From Hypanus sabinus (lineage: Eukaryota), in contig NC_082711.1 in NCBI RefSeq assembly GCF_030144855.1, positions 29,140,001 to 29,204,000 on the forward strand: 64,000 nt of DNA, written 5' to 3'. Made by a program: the position numbers and the translations under genes. Each line of letters starts with the position of its first letter. Positions within the stretch are counted from its first letter, which is position 1. Positions 49,735-61,589 of this stretch are shown in pieces. The notes beneath the pieces are model-generated. The model searched no databases and was not told the DNA's origin. It worked only from the letters and a program-made list of their open reading frames with translations.

Positions 49735-51530
49735 CATAAGACATAGGAGTAGAATTAGGCCATTTGGCCCATCGAGCCTGCTTACCATTCATGGCTGATC
49801 CTTTTTTTCCCCCCTCCTCAGTCCCACTCCCCAGCCTTCTCCCTGTAACCTCTGATCTCATGCCCAATCAAGAACCTATCAATTTCTGCCTTAAGTACGC
49901 CTAATGACCTGGCTTCCACAACTGCCCGTGGTAACAAATTCCACAAATTCACCATCCTCTGGCTAAACAGATTTCTCCACACTTCTGTTTTAAATGGATA
50001 CCCCTCTGTCCTGAGGCTGTGCCCTTTGGCCTAGACTCTCTCACCATGGAAAACATCCTTTTCACATCTACTCCATCTAGGCCTTTCAACATTCAAAAGG
50101 TTTCAATGAGATCTCTCCCCATCCTAAATTCCAGCGAATACAGACCCGGAGCTACCAGATATTCCTCATATAACCCTTTCATTCCCAGAATCATCCTTGT
50201 AAACCTCCTCTGAACCCTTTCCAATGCCAGCACATCTTAGATGAGGAGCCCAAAACTCTTCACAATACTCAAGGTGAGGTTTCATCAGTGCCTTGTAAAG
50301 CCTCAGCTTCACATCCCTGCTGTTCTATTCTAAACAAAATAAATGCTAACATTGCATTTGCCTTCCTCAGCACCAACTCTACCTGCAAGTTAACCTTTCG
50401 GGTGTTCTGCACAAGGCCTCCTAAGTCCCTTTGCATCTCAGATTTTTCGATTTTCTCCCCGTTTAGAAAATAGTCTGTACATTTATTTCTACTGCCAAAG
50501 TGCATGACCCATGCATTTTCCAACATCGTATTTCATTTGCCACTCTCTTGCTCATTCTCCTAATCTGTCTAAGTCCTGAAGCCTGTTTCCTCAACACCAC
50601 CTGCCCCTCCACCAATCTTCGTATCATCTGCAAATTTGGCAACAAAGCCATCTATTCCATCATCTAAATCATTGATACACAGCATAGTCACTGGTAGCCC
50701 ACCAGTAAAGAATACTTTTATGACAACTCGCCGCATCCTACCAATCAGCCAATACTCTAACCATGCCAGTAACTTTCCTGTAGCAGCACGTGCTCTTAAC
50801 TTGGTAAGCAGCCTCATGTGTGGCACCTTGTCAAAGGCCTTCTGAAACTCCAATTATAGAGGATCCACTGCATCCCCTTTATCGATCCTACTTTTAATCT
50901 CAAAAAATTCCAACAGGTTCGTCAGGCAAGGTTTTCTCTGAAGGAAACTATGCTGACTTTGTCCTATCTTGTCCTGTGTTACCAAGTATTCCATAACCTC
51001 CTGCTTAACAGTTGACTCCAACATCTTCCCAACCACTGAGGTCAAGGTAACTGGTCTATAATTTCCTTTCTCCTGCCTTCCTCCTTTCTTAACGATTTTT
51101 GCAATTTTCCAGGCCCCTGGTTCAATACTCAGTCTAGACTGACATTGCAATTTGTCCCCTACTGTGCCTGTTGTCTTGTTTATTAATTTTCGTACTGCCT
51201 GTGCACTTTATGTAGTCCTGTGCAGGTCTGTAGTCTAGTGCAGTTTTTATGTTTTACGTAGTCTAGTGTAGCCTTGTGCTGTCTCACATAGTCTAGTGTA
51301 GTTTTGTGTTGTTTCATGTAGCACCAGGGTCCTGGAGGAACGTTGTTTCATTTTTACTGTGTACTGTACCAGCAGTTTGTGGTTGAAATGACAATAAAAG
51401 CAACTTGAACTTGAACCACACCAGAGTCCAATGATTTTTTTAAAGATAATCGCTGATGCCTTCACAATCTCTACTGCTACCTCTTTCAGAACCCTAGGGT
51501 ACATTTCATCTGGCCTGGATGACATATGTA
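49735..51530 (-). mobile_element. CR1 RT fragment with a Rex-Babar tail insertion (~51130-51410)
   Basis: NYRPVTLTSVVGKMLES, FQKAFDKVPH, AKFADDTK and PD.MYPRVLKE motifs. Confidence 0.88.
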
Positions 51531-53044
51531 TCCTTCAACTCAATGTTAATGGCACACAAGGATGTTCATATCCTTTGTGTGAACATGGGAACTTATGGCA
51601 GTGCATCAACCAAATCTAGCAAGGATGGTTGTATTGTCATACATAAATTGGTGAGTATGGAATCAGACATGTTTATTGCTTGAGTTAATGAATGACATGA
51701 GTAAAAGAAAAATTTTAGATGCCATCAATATATTTAATAGAGCTAAAAATGCATGTTAATTGTCATAAGGAAAATACTATTATCCATAGTGTTTGTTGAT
51801 TGCTCTCAGGGATATCCAGAATACTTTAACAGGTTTCATGAACAATGAATATATCTTTCACATTGAGCAAATGTCAATTATTTGATAGTCATATAAGTCT
51901 ACTGTTTGTTTTAAGACCCTAAGATACAGAAGCAATATTAGGCCATCAGACCATTGAGTCTGCTTTGTCATTCAATCACAGTTTATCTTTTTTGTTTCAG
52001 CCTTCTCCTAGTAACACTTAACCAGCTTACCAATGACAAACCGATACCTCAAATATACCCAATAACCTGGCTTCCACAGCCTTTTGTGGCAACAAATTCC
52101 AGTTTTATCCGCCCTCGCCCCCCCCCCCCCCATTGACGAAATTCTTCGTTTCAGTTTTAAAGGGAGAACCTTAATTCTTAGGCTATGTCCTTGGATCCTA
52201 TGCTGCCCTATTAATGGAAACATCCTCTTCATGCCCACTTTATCCAAATCTATCTACTGTATCTATCTAGATATGTTAAACTCTCAAATGTCAAGCCTTT
52301 CAATCTTGGGATCATGGTATTGTTATTACATAAGTTTCCCCTTCAAAAACAAAAATCAAATTTCTCCCTTACATTCCCCCCCCCATTTGAATGGCATCCA
52401 GTTCCCCCGTGCTGTCCTCACCTATGAGCACCCACAAGGAGCAAGAACTCCTACCTGTTAGCTGATGGTAAGGTTGAGGTTCAGTTTGGACCCCTCTTCC
52501 CATCTCTTTTGCAGTCATACCATTCTGTCCCTGAACATTCGCCAGTCTAGCAATAGTCATAACATGACATGTCTAGCAATAAACATGACTCCCTCCTGGA
52601 ATGTAGTGTCCAGGCAATCTCAACCCTCCCTGTTGTACACAGAGTTTGGAGCTTCATCTCCAGCTCATCAGATGTTTCTTGAGCAGACAACATTTGCTGT
52701 AGATATGGTCATTGTTTATTACAATGGGATCCACCAAAATACTGATGGACCCCCAGTCTGCCTGGACCTCAGGCCAACAGTTCCATGTAACATTATAGCA
52801 TTCCATTGCCTCAGGATTTCATCTCATCCAGTCTGCCAGTTCCAGAATTTTGGATACACATTAACAAACATGTTTAGTGTATGGAACTCGTGTCTTTTAC
52901 TTCACAATTGTTTGCTAGATTTTGGATACACAAAATAGCTACTGATTGTATTACACTTAAGTGCTAGATTTTAAATAAAGTCACATTATTATTGATAACA
53001 AATGCTCATTCAATAAATATCTCATATGAGGATAAATAAGCAAG

Positions 53045-56000
53045 TTTATCTATCTTCTTAATCTTTTATTGATTGTACATGGCCACCTGTTGATACAATT
53101 GATATAGAAGACATGATATGAAGCACTCCATACTGTAATATGTTGAACAAAGTCCAAAAATATTAGGGCCAAAAACTTAAACATTTCCCAAACAATGATA
53201 TAATGATAGACTTTGGCTTTATTTCTCCCTTAGTGTCAATACCTTTCTGTTGATGCTTCTAATTTTTCCCCCATTAGCAATGCAAAGCATTTTCACAGAA
53301 CAAGACATATTCTCAAGCAAGCCAGTGCACAGATATCACAAATAATTCCAATGCATGCCCCAGGCTAACATTTTTCTATTTTAGATGGAGAAATACTGCA
53401 CTGGTGACAGATCAGAAGTCCTCACAAGGCAAATTAACAGACTTTAATTTGTCATTCCAATAAATAATTGTTGGAAGCTATGCAAATACAGTAGGCAGAG
53501 GAAAAAACTGCATTTGTCATTAGGGAACTGTGTGATGATTCCTCTGAATACATCTTAATTCTTTTAACCAAAAGAGAAGATACTTTATTCTATAACAGTG
53601 ACAGCTCAGCAAAAAAAGTCAAATACAACAGCTTAAAAACAAAAACAATCTATCAAGTACGACCATCCTCAAATACAAATCAGTGTCCATAATATTTTTA
53701 TACATCAATATTTAAGGCACAGTAATACCTGCATGGAGCAGACAATGGTAGCTTGAACAAATAAACGTGGCTAACTCAGCTGCAGTATTCTTTGAACAAT
53801 GTTCGGTACAAAAGTTACAGAGTACACTTCTTGGGGAAATTGCAGGAGATAAATTGCATTGTGCAACATATGGTACACCCATTTAAGTAGGAATAACTGC
53901 AGCTATAGATTCCAATTTTGGAATTTAGTTTGTGGAGTTTATTTCTGAATAGACATTTTGAAAGGAAGAATCAAGGCAAGATGGACATCAAATCAAACCT
54001 TTCAAAACTTCAATTGAAATGCTAATATACCTGAAAAATGACTTCCACTATGAATGTCAGCAAATCAAGCTCTCTTTAGAAATGACAAAATACAACCATT
54101 ATGTTGGCATCACAAACTACTGTACAAATGCAGTCATTCTTTGCAATATTTTAAAAATCAATTAAATAAATTTAAATTAATAAACTGAAGAAGTCAAAAA
54201 GGGAAAAAGCTTTTTATCCAGAAGCTTCAAGCTGCAAAAAAATGAATAACTACATATTTTAAAATGCAAACAATGATTAAGTTTTTATAATTTGCCTACT
54301 GTATATTTTATTGATACAGACTATTTGATTTTAGATTCAAGTTTCATAATTTTCTGCAGGTCCTGTATTACAATTCCTATTGAGTTTTGCTATGTCTGGC
54401 TTGAACAATTTATTTCCAACCAACACAGAATCAAGTGGAGAATATACTCAGCTTTATGATCATCTAAAATAAACAGGACAACAGTAAGTAATATTAATAA
54501 ACATAAGATTACAGTTCTGCTTAAGGAAAACCAAAATTTAGAGTTTTGGGGGCTTTGTATGTGACAATAGTATCTCAATATCTTATTTGTAAAGCTCAAA
54601 CCCATAATACCCTTAAGAACAAAAATTAGACAGGGTTTATTACTGAAAATCAAACCGCAAAAAGCCACTGAATAATGAAGTTATGAACATTAGATCCCAC
54701 CATCTGTATTATTGGAGCTGAATGAAACCTTCATGCACAAGTGCTCTGATGAAGATCATTAACCTGAAACATTAAGTTGGTTTCTCTTTCCAAAGATACT
54801 ACGTGACAGAGTATTTCTAAAAGTTTCCATTCTCCTCTGATAAAACCTGCCTTTCTGCATTTAAAAGAATAGCAACATCTCAAAGACATTTAATATGCAC
54901 ATATGCACCCACGCACAATACCTGTAGTATGGGATTCCAGTGCCATAATGGTACATAAATACTATTCTCTGAACATTTCTTCTGATTTACTATAAAAATG
55001 GATTCTGACCTCATTCATGCCTACAAAGAAAGGAAACTGAGGACACAATCAACACATCCCCAACAAAGAACAATCTGGAAACAGGATCCCATCAGTGCAT
55101 GGTGAAAGTTTATGGGAAGAGCATAATTATAACTGTAGAGGTTGAGGGATAATGTCTGAGTAAAGAACTTCCAGGACATAGGAGATGAAAGGAAAATGTA
55201 TAGGTAAGTGGGCAAATGGAGTATAATGTGAAATTGATAATTTTGGCAGTTAGAATAAAAAATGCATATTACCTAAAAGATGAGAGATTACAGAATTTTG
55301 AGATGCAGAGGGATCTGGGTGTTCTGTGCATGATTTGCAAAAGGTAATGTGAACATCAGGCATGTAATTGAGAAATCTAAAAGAAAGTTAGCATTTCATG
55401 CAAGGATTGAATATCAAAGTGCAATGGTTATCATTCAGTTAAAAAGGGCCACAGCTAGAACACCTTGCACAGCACTAGTCACCATATTTAAAGAGAGATG
55501 TAAATACAACAAAAGCAGTTCATGTTAAGTGTAGTAGAGTAATATCTGGAATGGATGGGTCATCTTGAGTACATACTAGGCTTGTATATAACTGTGTTTA
55601 AGAGCCAGAGGCAATTTAATGAAAGTAGCCCAAAGTATTTTGACAGGGTGGATGTGGGGCGGATACATTATCTTGTGGGAGAATTTAGAATTAGTGGCCC
55701 AGTTTAAGAATAATGGGTCACTCACTTAACTTAGGCAAGGCAAAATGTTTTCTCTGGAGGATTGAGATTCTCCAGAACTCTCTTCCTAAAGGGGCAGTGG
55801 AAAGTGAGACATTAAATAGTTTTAAGGCAGAGGTAGATAGGTTTTTGATAAACAAGAGGGGGTAAAAGGTCTCCAGCATTAGATGGGAGAGCTGAAATAA
55901 TAATTGGATCAACTATCATCATGTAATGAATTATCAGAGAAGGCTTGAGGCTCAAGTCACCTATACCTACCCGTAATTGATGTCTTCATTAAATAGTGCT

Positions 56001-56762
56001 CACAGCTCTACAGTAGAATGTCAAAACTAAAATAAATAATTGGTTTTGAATCCCTGCAGTGATTTCTGAAGAGTGCCAACTGAAAAGTTTCGGTTTCCTG
56101 CTCCATGGCTTGTATTCCTTTCTCACTGCAAAGTGCACTGCGTAACGTGTTAGACCTGACATGTCAATAAGCCCTATATATTTCATTTCACAGAACATAC
56201 TTTAATGTAGAATTATATACTACAGAGCTACCAGAAAGAGCACAAGGCAACTGCTCAGCGAGACATGCCTGCCACTTTAATAAATGCAATATCCTTCTTT
56301 CCATAACCTTCACAAACATCTGACTTTGCATACTCAATACATAAATCATATTTGCTGTATTTACACATTATACATTGCAAACCTACAGGAAATAAGGCTG
56401 ATGTAATTCTGGATCAACATTCTACCTTGCAGTATTTTACAGTCTTATACAGGAAAGATTTTTTTGACCAAGGGGACAGTCAGCATGTACACCACAGGTT
56501 ATTCACTGTACTATCAGTAATCGTTTTAATTTAAAAAAAATTTTAAAAATCTTAACTAATAAAAGGTGTTTTTAAAAAGCAAGAAGCAGTGCAAAACTCA
56601 GTAAATATATGTGGGGAAGATGGCATTTTCTGAAAAATCTGTGGTGCATTCATTGGCACGTGTGCAAAGCTTTAGATGTGATGCTGGTGCTCCCAGAATA
56701 ATTTTCTGAAAAAGCTGAAAGCCTTGGAGACCAATGATATTGATACTGGGTTAGTACTTCCT
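53045..56762 (-). other. ESYT2: probable ESYT2 3'UTR with candidate poly(A) signals
   Basis: AT-rich, largely repeat-poor sequence downstream of the stop. AATAAA on minus at 53065-53070 (TGTA just upstream) and ~54307-54312. Contains an antisense CR1 fragment. Confidence 0.55.
55190..55980 (+). mobile_element. old CR1 3' fragment within the probable ESYT2 3'UTR (antisense)
   Basis: WQMEYN..MQRDLGV and CR1 3'UTR-like sequence, heavily decayed. Confidence 0.7.
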
Positions 56763-56808
56763 CTAGGTCTGGGGCTGGTGCCTTGTCCCATCCTCTGTCA
56801 GGTCATAC
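56763..56808 (-). CDS. ESYT2: Extended synaptotagmin-2, last coding exon
   Basis: CTTCCAG|(W)YDLTEDGTRHQPQT-TAG. Human ESYT2 ends WYDLTEDGTRPQAMT. Syntenic with NCAPG2. Confidence 0.92.
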
Positions 56809-57684
56809 CTGGAAGATAGTTAAAGATTTGATCACTTGCACTATGAAAATCTAAAAAGGAAACTGGTCCAAGATGAACATATATAATCACCTTCTGAACC
56901 AAAAGGGATGCGATATTTTATTCATGTTGCAATGAATATACTTGGACATTTTGAATCTTTGTTTGGTTTGTAAGGTTGTGAACTTGAACTGAACACACTC
57001 AAGCTGATCAGATCAACTTCAGTGGACCTCCATAGTGGTCAAAAGATTATTGCTTTCAAACAAGCCACAAACGAGTTGCAAGGGAACTTTAAACCTACCC
57101 CTCTACTATCAACACAGATATGGTGCAGTAATTAATTGCCTATAGACAGGTCTACCAAATTCTTTTCTTTATCTAAGCTTTATGTTGCTACATTTTATGA
57201 TCACTGTGCAGAATGTAGCAAAAACACTGTTACTGAGTTTTTATACTATTCCACCTCAGGGACCTGGCAGAAAGCTGTATACTGCCCACAGTACTTCCCA
57301 CACCCAAATCTTTGTCATCCCTTCTGAATGTTCCATAAACCTTTTCTTTTGCACTGTTTACTTTGAAATTGATGTCCAAGTATTAAAATCTTTTCACACC
57401 TTTCGTCTTCCCTGCCTTTCCCAAAACCATGTAACAACATGCATTCTCAAATCTTCAGCTCCTTTGTCTCTTCTTTGCAAATCTTTGTGTCCGTGACTAC
57501 AACTCCCTGATACTCAGGGTATGGTATTCCTAATTTGCAGCTTTCATATTTTTCTACAACACTGTGGTATGTCTTGGGTTGAGATATTCAAAACCTGACC
57601 ACATAAGCTGCAGTTATAGTGTTTTCCAATTGAAACAGTGTTAATTTTTCTGGTGACTTCAGGAGCCAAAGATTTTGTACTTAC

Positions 57685-57731
57685 CACTGTGTGGAGCCTT
57701 TAGTCACTTCCTCAGTCATTTCTATTAAGAG
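57685..57731 (-). CDS. ESYT2: Extended synaptotagmin-2, penultimate coding exon (end of C2C domain)
   Basis: CTATAG|LLIEMTEEVTKGSTQ(W)|GTAAGT. 47 nt. The phase-2 end joins the last exon to form TGG. Human equivalent: VLVALASEELAKGWTQW. Confidence 0.88.
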
Positions 57732-60686
57732 CTATAGTGAAAGAATAATAGAGGGTCATAAAGCAGCTTAATACCAGGTATCTAACCTGCTGTATTTTAT
57801 CTGTACAAATGCAGACTGATCTGCTGTAAATTTGTGTATTTTTCTTCTCATTTGGTTAAGACAAACCAAATAAAATGCATTAAAATTAGTAATGTAGCAA
57901 AAGAATAGTCCCTTGGTGATTTGGACAGGTACCTGATTTAGAGTAACAATGAGCCAAATGTGGGAACAGATGAGTTGGGCTGTACAGCTTGCTGTATGAC
58001 TCTATAGTTGATTGTTTGCTTCCCCGATCACCATCTTTAACCCTTTTCTTCATTTGTTCATATTGACAAAGACAATTCTTTTCTCTTTCATGTACTTATC
58101 TTCTGGAAGTGCATCTATGTCATTGATTTAATTACACCTTGTGGCAGTAAGTTTCACACTATACCACCCTCCAGGTCAAAATGTTTTTTTCCCAATTCTC
58201 CTTTAGACTTACTGATGACCATCTTGCCTCAACTCATTTCCTTTCAGAACTTATCTGGTTTGCTTTTTGCAATTAATAAAATTTGCTATTGCGAAACATG
58301 ATCCAGTTTTTTATAAAATTTCTTAGGCAAGGTTCACTGAGATAATTTTTTTAAACTTATTTTCTTTTGCTTGCCTCATTTCTGTCAGGCTGCATCTCCA
58401 ATTCAGGAATTTTACCTTTTAACGCTATTGCTAGTTATGGCATTCTTGCATACACAATCAGCACAATTTGGATACCCCAAAAGGTACAAGTCCAAAGCAA
58501 CAAGAAAATACATCTCATCAGACTGCAATATTGATGGAGTATCCACATCCTGACCCCGGAACCTGACTGCCAATCCTATCATTAAGTATACCCGTTTCAA
58601 CATGCCTGCCAACAGAAAGATTAATAATTGTGGTGAGTAGACACAAGAAGATAACTAAAAGATTAATGCCACATTCCTGAAAACATCAAAAGCCTGTTTG
58701 CATTTGGTAGTCAGGTTCCTTATCTGTTCTCCTCACCACAGGCCTACTCCTTGTTACCAGTCTAAGACTGAACCAGAACACGACAAATTTGATGCCATAT
58801 TTGACATAGATCTACTTACAGTTTTCTACAGTAGAACAATGCAGTACAGAAACAGGCCTGTTGGCATATCGTGATACAGTAAATGCATTCCAAATATCTT
58901 CTAGATTAAATTATTTCTCAGATTTCCTTTTAATTGTTTTAGTTTAATTTTTGCCATCTTTGTTGTGGGGTTAAGTTTATTACTATCTACTCTATCATGA
59001 TTTTGTATACCTCTATCACCACCCACCCACCACTGCACCTCACCCCCACCTCAGTCTTCTTCACTCCAAGGAAAACATCCATTCTCTCATAATAAGTAAA
59101 GCTCTATCCCTGGTGAATTTTCTTTGCATGCCCACCAAATCGTGTCCTACCAATGATACACAGAAGTTCACTAGTTATTAAAACTACAAATTAAAATTCT
59201 CATCCTTGTTCTTAACACCATCCCCACTTCTGCCCCAAGCTCAAGTTCATCATATTCCCATAAAGAATGGATAGGATTGTCAAATCTAAAGCCCCACGGA
59301 TAACACATTCAGAGGGTAAGACAGGACTGAAAAGGGAAGCCTGTGGCAGACATACACAACCAAAAATATGGAAAAGTACTCAAGTAAAATCCAAAAATGT
59401 TTTAAATTAGAAGGATAAATATAGGAGGCAAAAAGATCACTTAGGTGGAGTGAAGTTCCTACTTCACACACCTGGGCACAATACAAACCAGTCAGTCAAA
59501 AGCAGCAAGGGAGAAGATTGCTGTGTAAATGACCATCAGTTTTCAATCCTCCCTAGCTATATGAGTATTAGAGAACTGCAAATGTTGTATTATTATTTAA
59601 GGGTGGGGGGGGAGAAGCTGATTAATTATAGTCTGGTTAGGTTAATATTGGTAATAAGCTTATGGATTCACCTGTCCTTCACTCCACCCACCATCAGGTT
59701 CAAGCCAGAGCAGGCCAGTAGCAAAAGGCAAACCGAAAATGAAATGCAAAACTGCTGATAGGGACATCTGTGCCAAACAACAAAAATGGCATGTAGTACA
59801 CAGAGCTAAATAATCTCACAACTAATGGAAGTGAAAAAAAGTCTGCAATGAAAACAAAATGTGCTGGTGTTTCTTGTGAAGATCATGCAGAAGGTGTGGA
59901 AAGAAAGTTTCAGATCCCTTGCCGAATCTTCGTAAACTTCTCAAAAAACAGAGGCATTGCTGTGCTTTCTTCGTAATTGCACTTACCATGAATCAGAACA
60001 TTTACAAGGACAGTTGTGTAAAATGGGCCTGTAGGATCATTGGGGACCCAAGTCATCCCAACCACAATCTATTCTAGCTGCTACCAACTGGGAAGTGGTA
60101 CCGCAGCATAAAAGCCAGGACCAACAGGCAATCAGACTGATGAACTCACAATGATTTGAGTGTACTCTATGTTACATTGACTGTCCTATTTATTATAAAT
60201 TACTATGATTGCACATGGCTCGTTTAGATGGAGACGTAATAAAGACTTTTACTCCTCATGTATGTGAAGGATGTAAAAAAATAAAGTCAATTTAATACAT
60301 GCTGAGCCTAGGACAGACCCTCTGAAATTCCTCTAGCCGAGGAATTTAAAGCTGCTGACCTTCTCCACCTCTGATCCCTGATGAGGACTGCTCCAGGACC
60401 TCCAGTTCCCTCCCGAAGTCAATTATCAGCTCTTTGGTCTTGCTGACTTTGAGTGAGAGAATGTTGTTTTGGCACCAGCCAGCCAGATTTTCAAACTATA
60501 TGCCAATTCGTTATCACCTTTGATTTGGCCAATGACAATGGTGTCGTCAGCGAACTTAAGTATGGCATTGATGTTCCAGGATTTAGTGAAGTACCAATGA
60601 ATTGACATCTGCTGTGGACTTGTGCTGGTTGGCAAATTGGTGAGAATCTCAGTCATTTCTTTCTTTAGCCGGCCAGAGGTGTACTG

Positions 60687-61589
60687 CAGGTGTCACCAAC
60701 CTTTTTTGCACCACAGACCGGTTTAATATTAACAATATTCTTGCGGACCAGCCGCTGGGGGGGCGGGGGGGGGATGTTAAACACGACCAGAATACAGCGA
60801 TCCTCCAAGGAGGTTCCTTATGTCCAATCTATTCCACAATTTAGTTTATATGGCTCTCAGCACTTGCTTCTGTCCTGCTTGCTCACGTTTTTTCTGCTCA
60901 AAATACTCAACGGGTTTGTCTTTAAGTGCAGGGTGCTTAGACTCAAGGTACTGAAGCAGTTTTGAGGGCTTCATTGCCTCATTAGACAGCCTCCGGGCCT
61001 GAACTCCAGCTTCCCGCCCGCCCATTGCCAGACGCCTTGGCCAGCTGGTCGTGGGCGGGTGAGAGGTCAAAGTAAGGGCCGGAGGTCCTCGTACCAGGGC
61101 TGCGGCAGTTGTAGTCTGGTGGAGAGAGTGACCAACCGAGTGAGGAGTGCGACAGGGCGCACGCCTGCCCCCCTTGAAGGTCAGTAGGATCTATCGACGG
61201 ACAAAAGTTTGGCTCGAGGGATGACTTTCAGTAGATCACAGCGAGGTAGCTGCCTCTGCTACTTACGAAACCCTGAACCTGAATTAGGTCTGAGAATATT
61301 TAGCACCAGGTTCCTCATGAACATTCGTGCGGTAAACAGGTTTAGAGGCATCTGTCCGCGCTCCAGGCAAGTAGCATCGGCACTTCTCGGCGGCTGCATG
61401 AGGCGGCTGGTTACCCAAGGCCAACCAGTGATCCCTGGTGCGAGGGTATCATTGCGTTTAGGCAACTGATGACTTTGCGTGCATTCAGGTTCAACACTGG
61501 GTGTGACGGAATGAGGAAAGGTGCAGCTGACTCATATCGTTTCATATTCCCAAATCGTATCGTTTCCTCGCGGTGATTGGGGACCACTG
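60687..61589 (-). mobile_element. non-autonomous hAT (Charlie/Buster-like) element with transposase BED-finger fragment and captured rDNA
   Basis: TIRs CAGGTGTCACCAACC / CAGTGGTCCCCAATC. Perfect 8-bp TSD GTGTACTG (60679-86, 61590-97). LSNEAMKPSKLLQYLESKHPALKDKPVEYFEQKKRE is the Buster/ZBED5/SCAND3-type motif. Confidence 0.92.
61200..61490 (-). pseudogene. 28S rRNA 3'-terminal fragment (non-functional) inside the hAT element
   Basis: Minus strand reads GGAACCTGGTGCTAAA..CAGGGTTTCGTAAGTAGCAGAGGCAGCTACCTCGCTGTGATCTACTGAAAGTCATCCCTCGAGCCAAACTTTTGTC, the conserved vertebrate 28S 3' end. Weaker similarity upstream (CTGAATGC..AAGTCA..GCCTAAACG.AATGATACC..GGTTGGCCT). Confidence 0.9.

Noticed and set aside
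51225-51320. Short repeats (GTAGTCTAGTGTAG x3) resembling a CRISPR-like array
   Set aside because: Irregular short tandem repeats in a LINE 3' tail within vertebrate DNA. No spacer structure or cas genes.
52465-52938. 157-aa plus-strand ORF as a novel gene
   Set aside because: No recognisable domain or splice context. The opposite strand resembles a decayed CR1 ORF1 region.
58412-58612. Minus-strand ORF as a further ESYT2 exon
   Set aside because: Does not resemble the expected C2C sequence (..LDVAVKNSGGFLSK..). The upstream exons appear to lie beyond the window.
61200-61490. Functional rRNA gene
   Set aside because: Only the last ~290 nt of 28S, with substitutions and indels in conserved positions, enclosed in a transposon.
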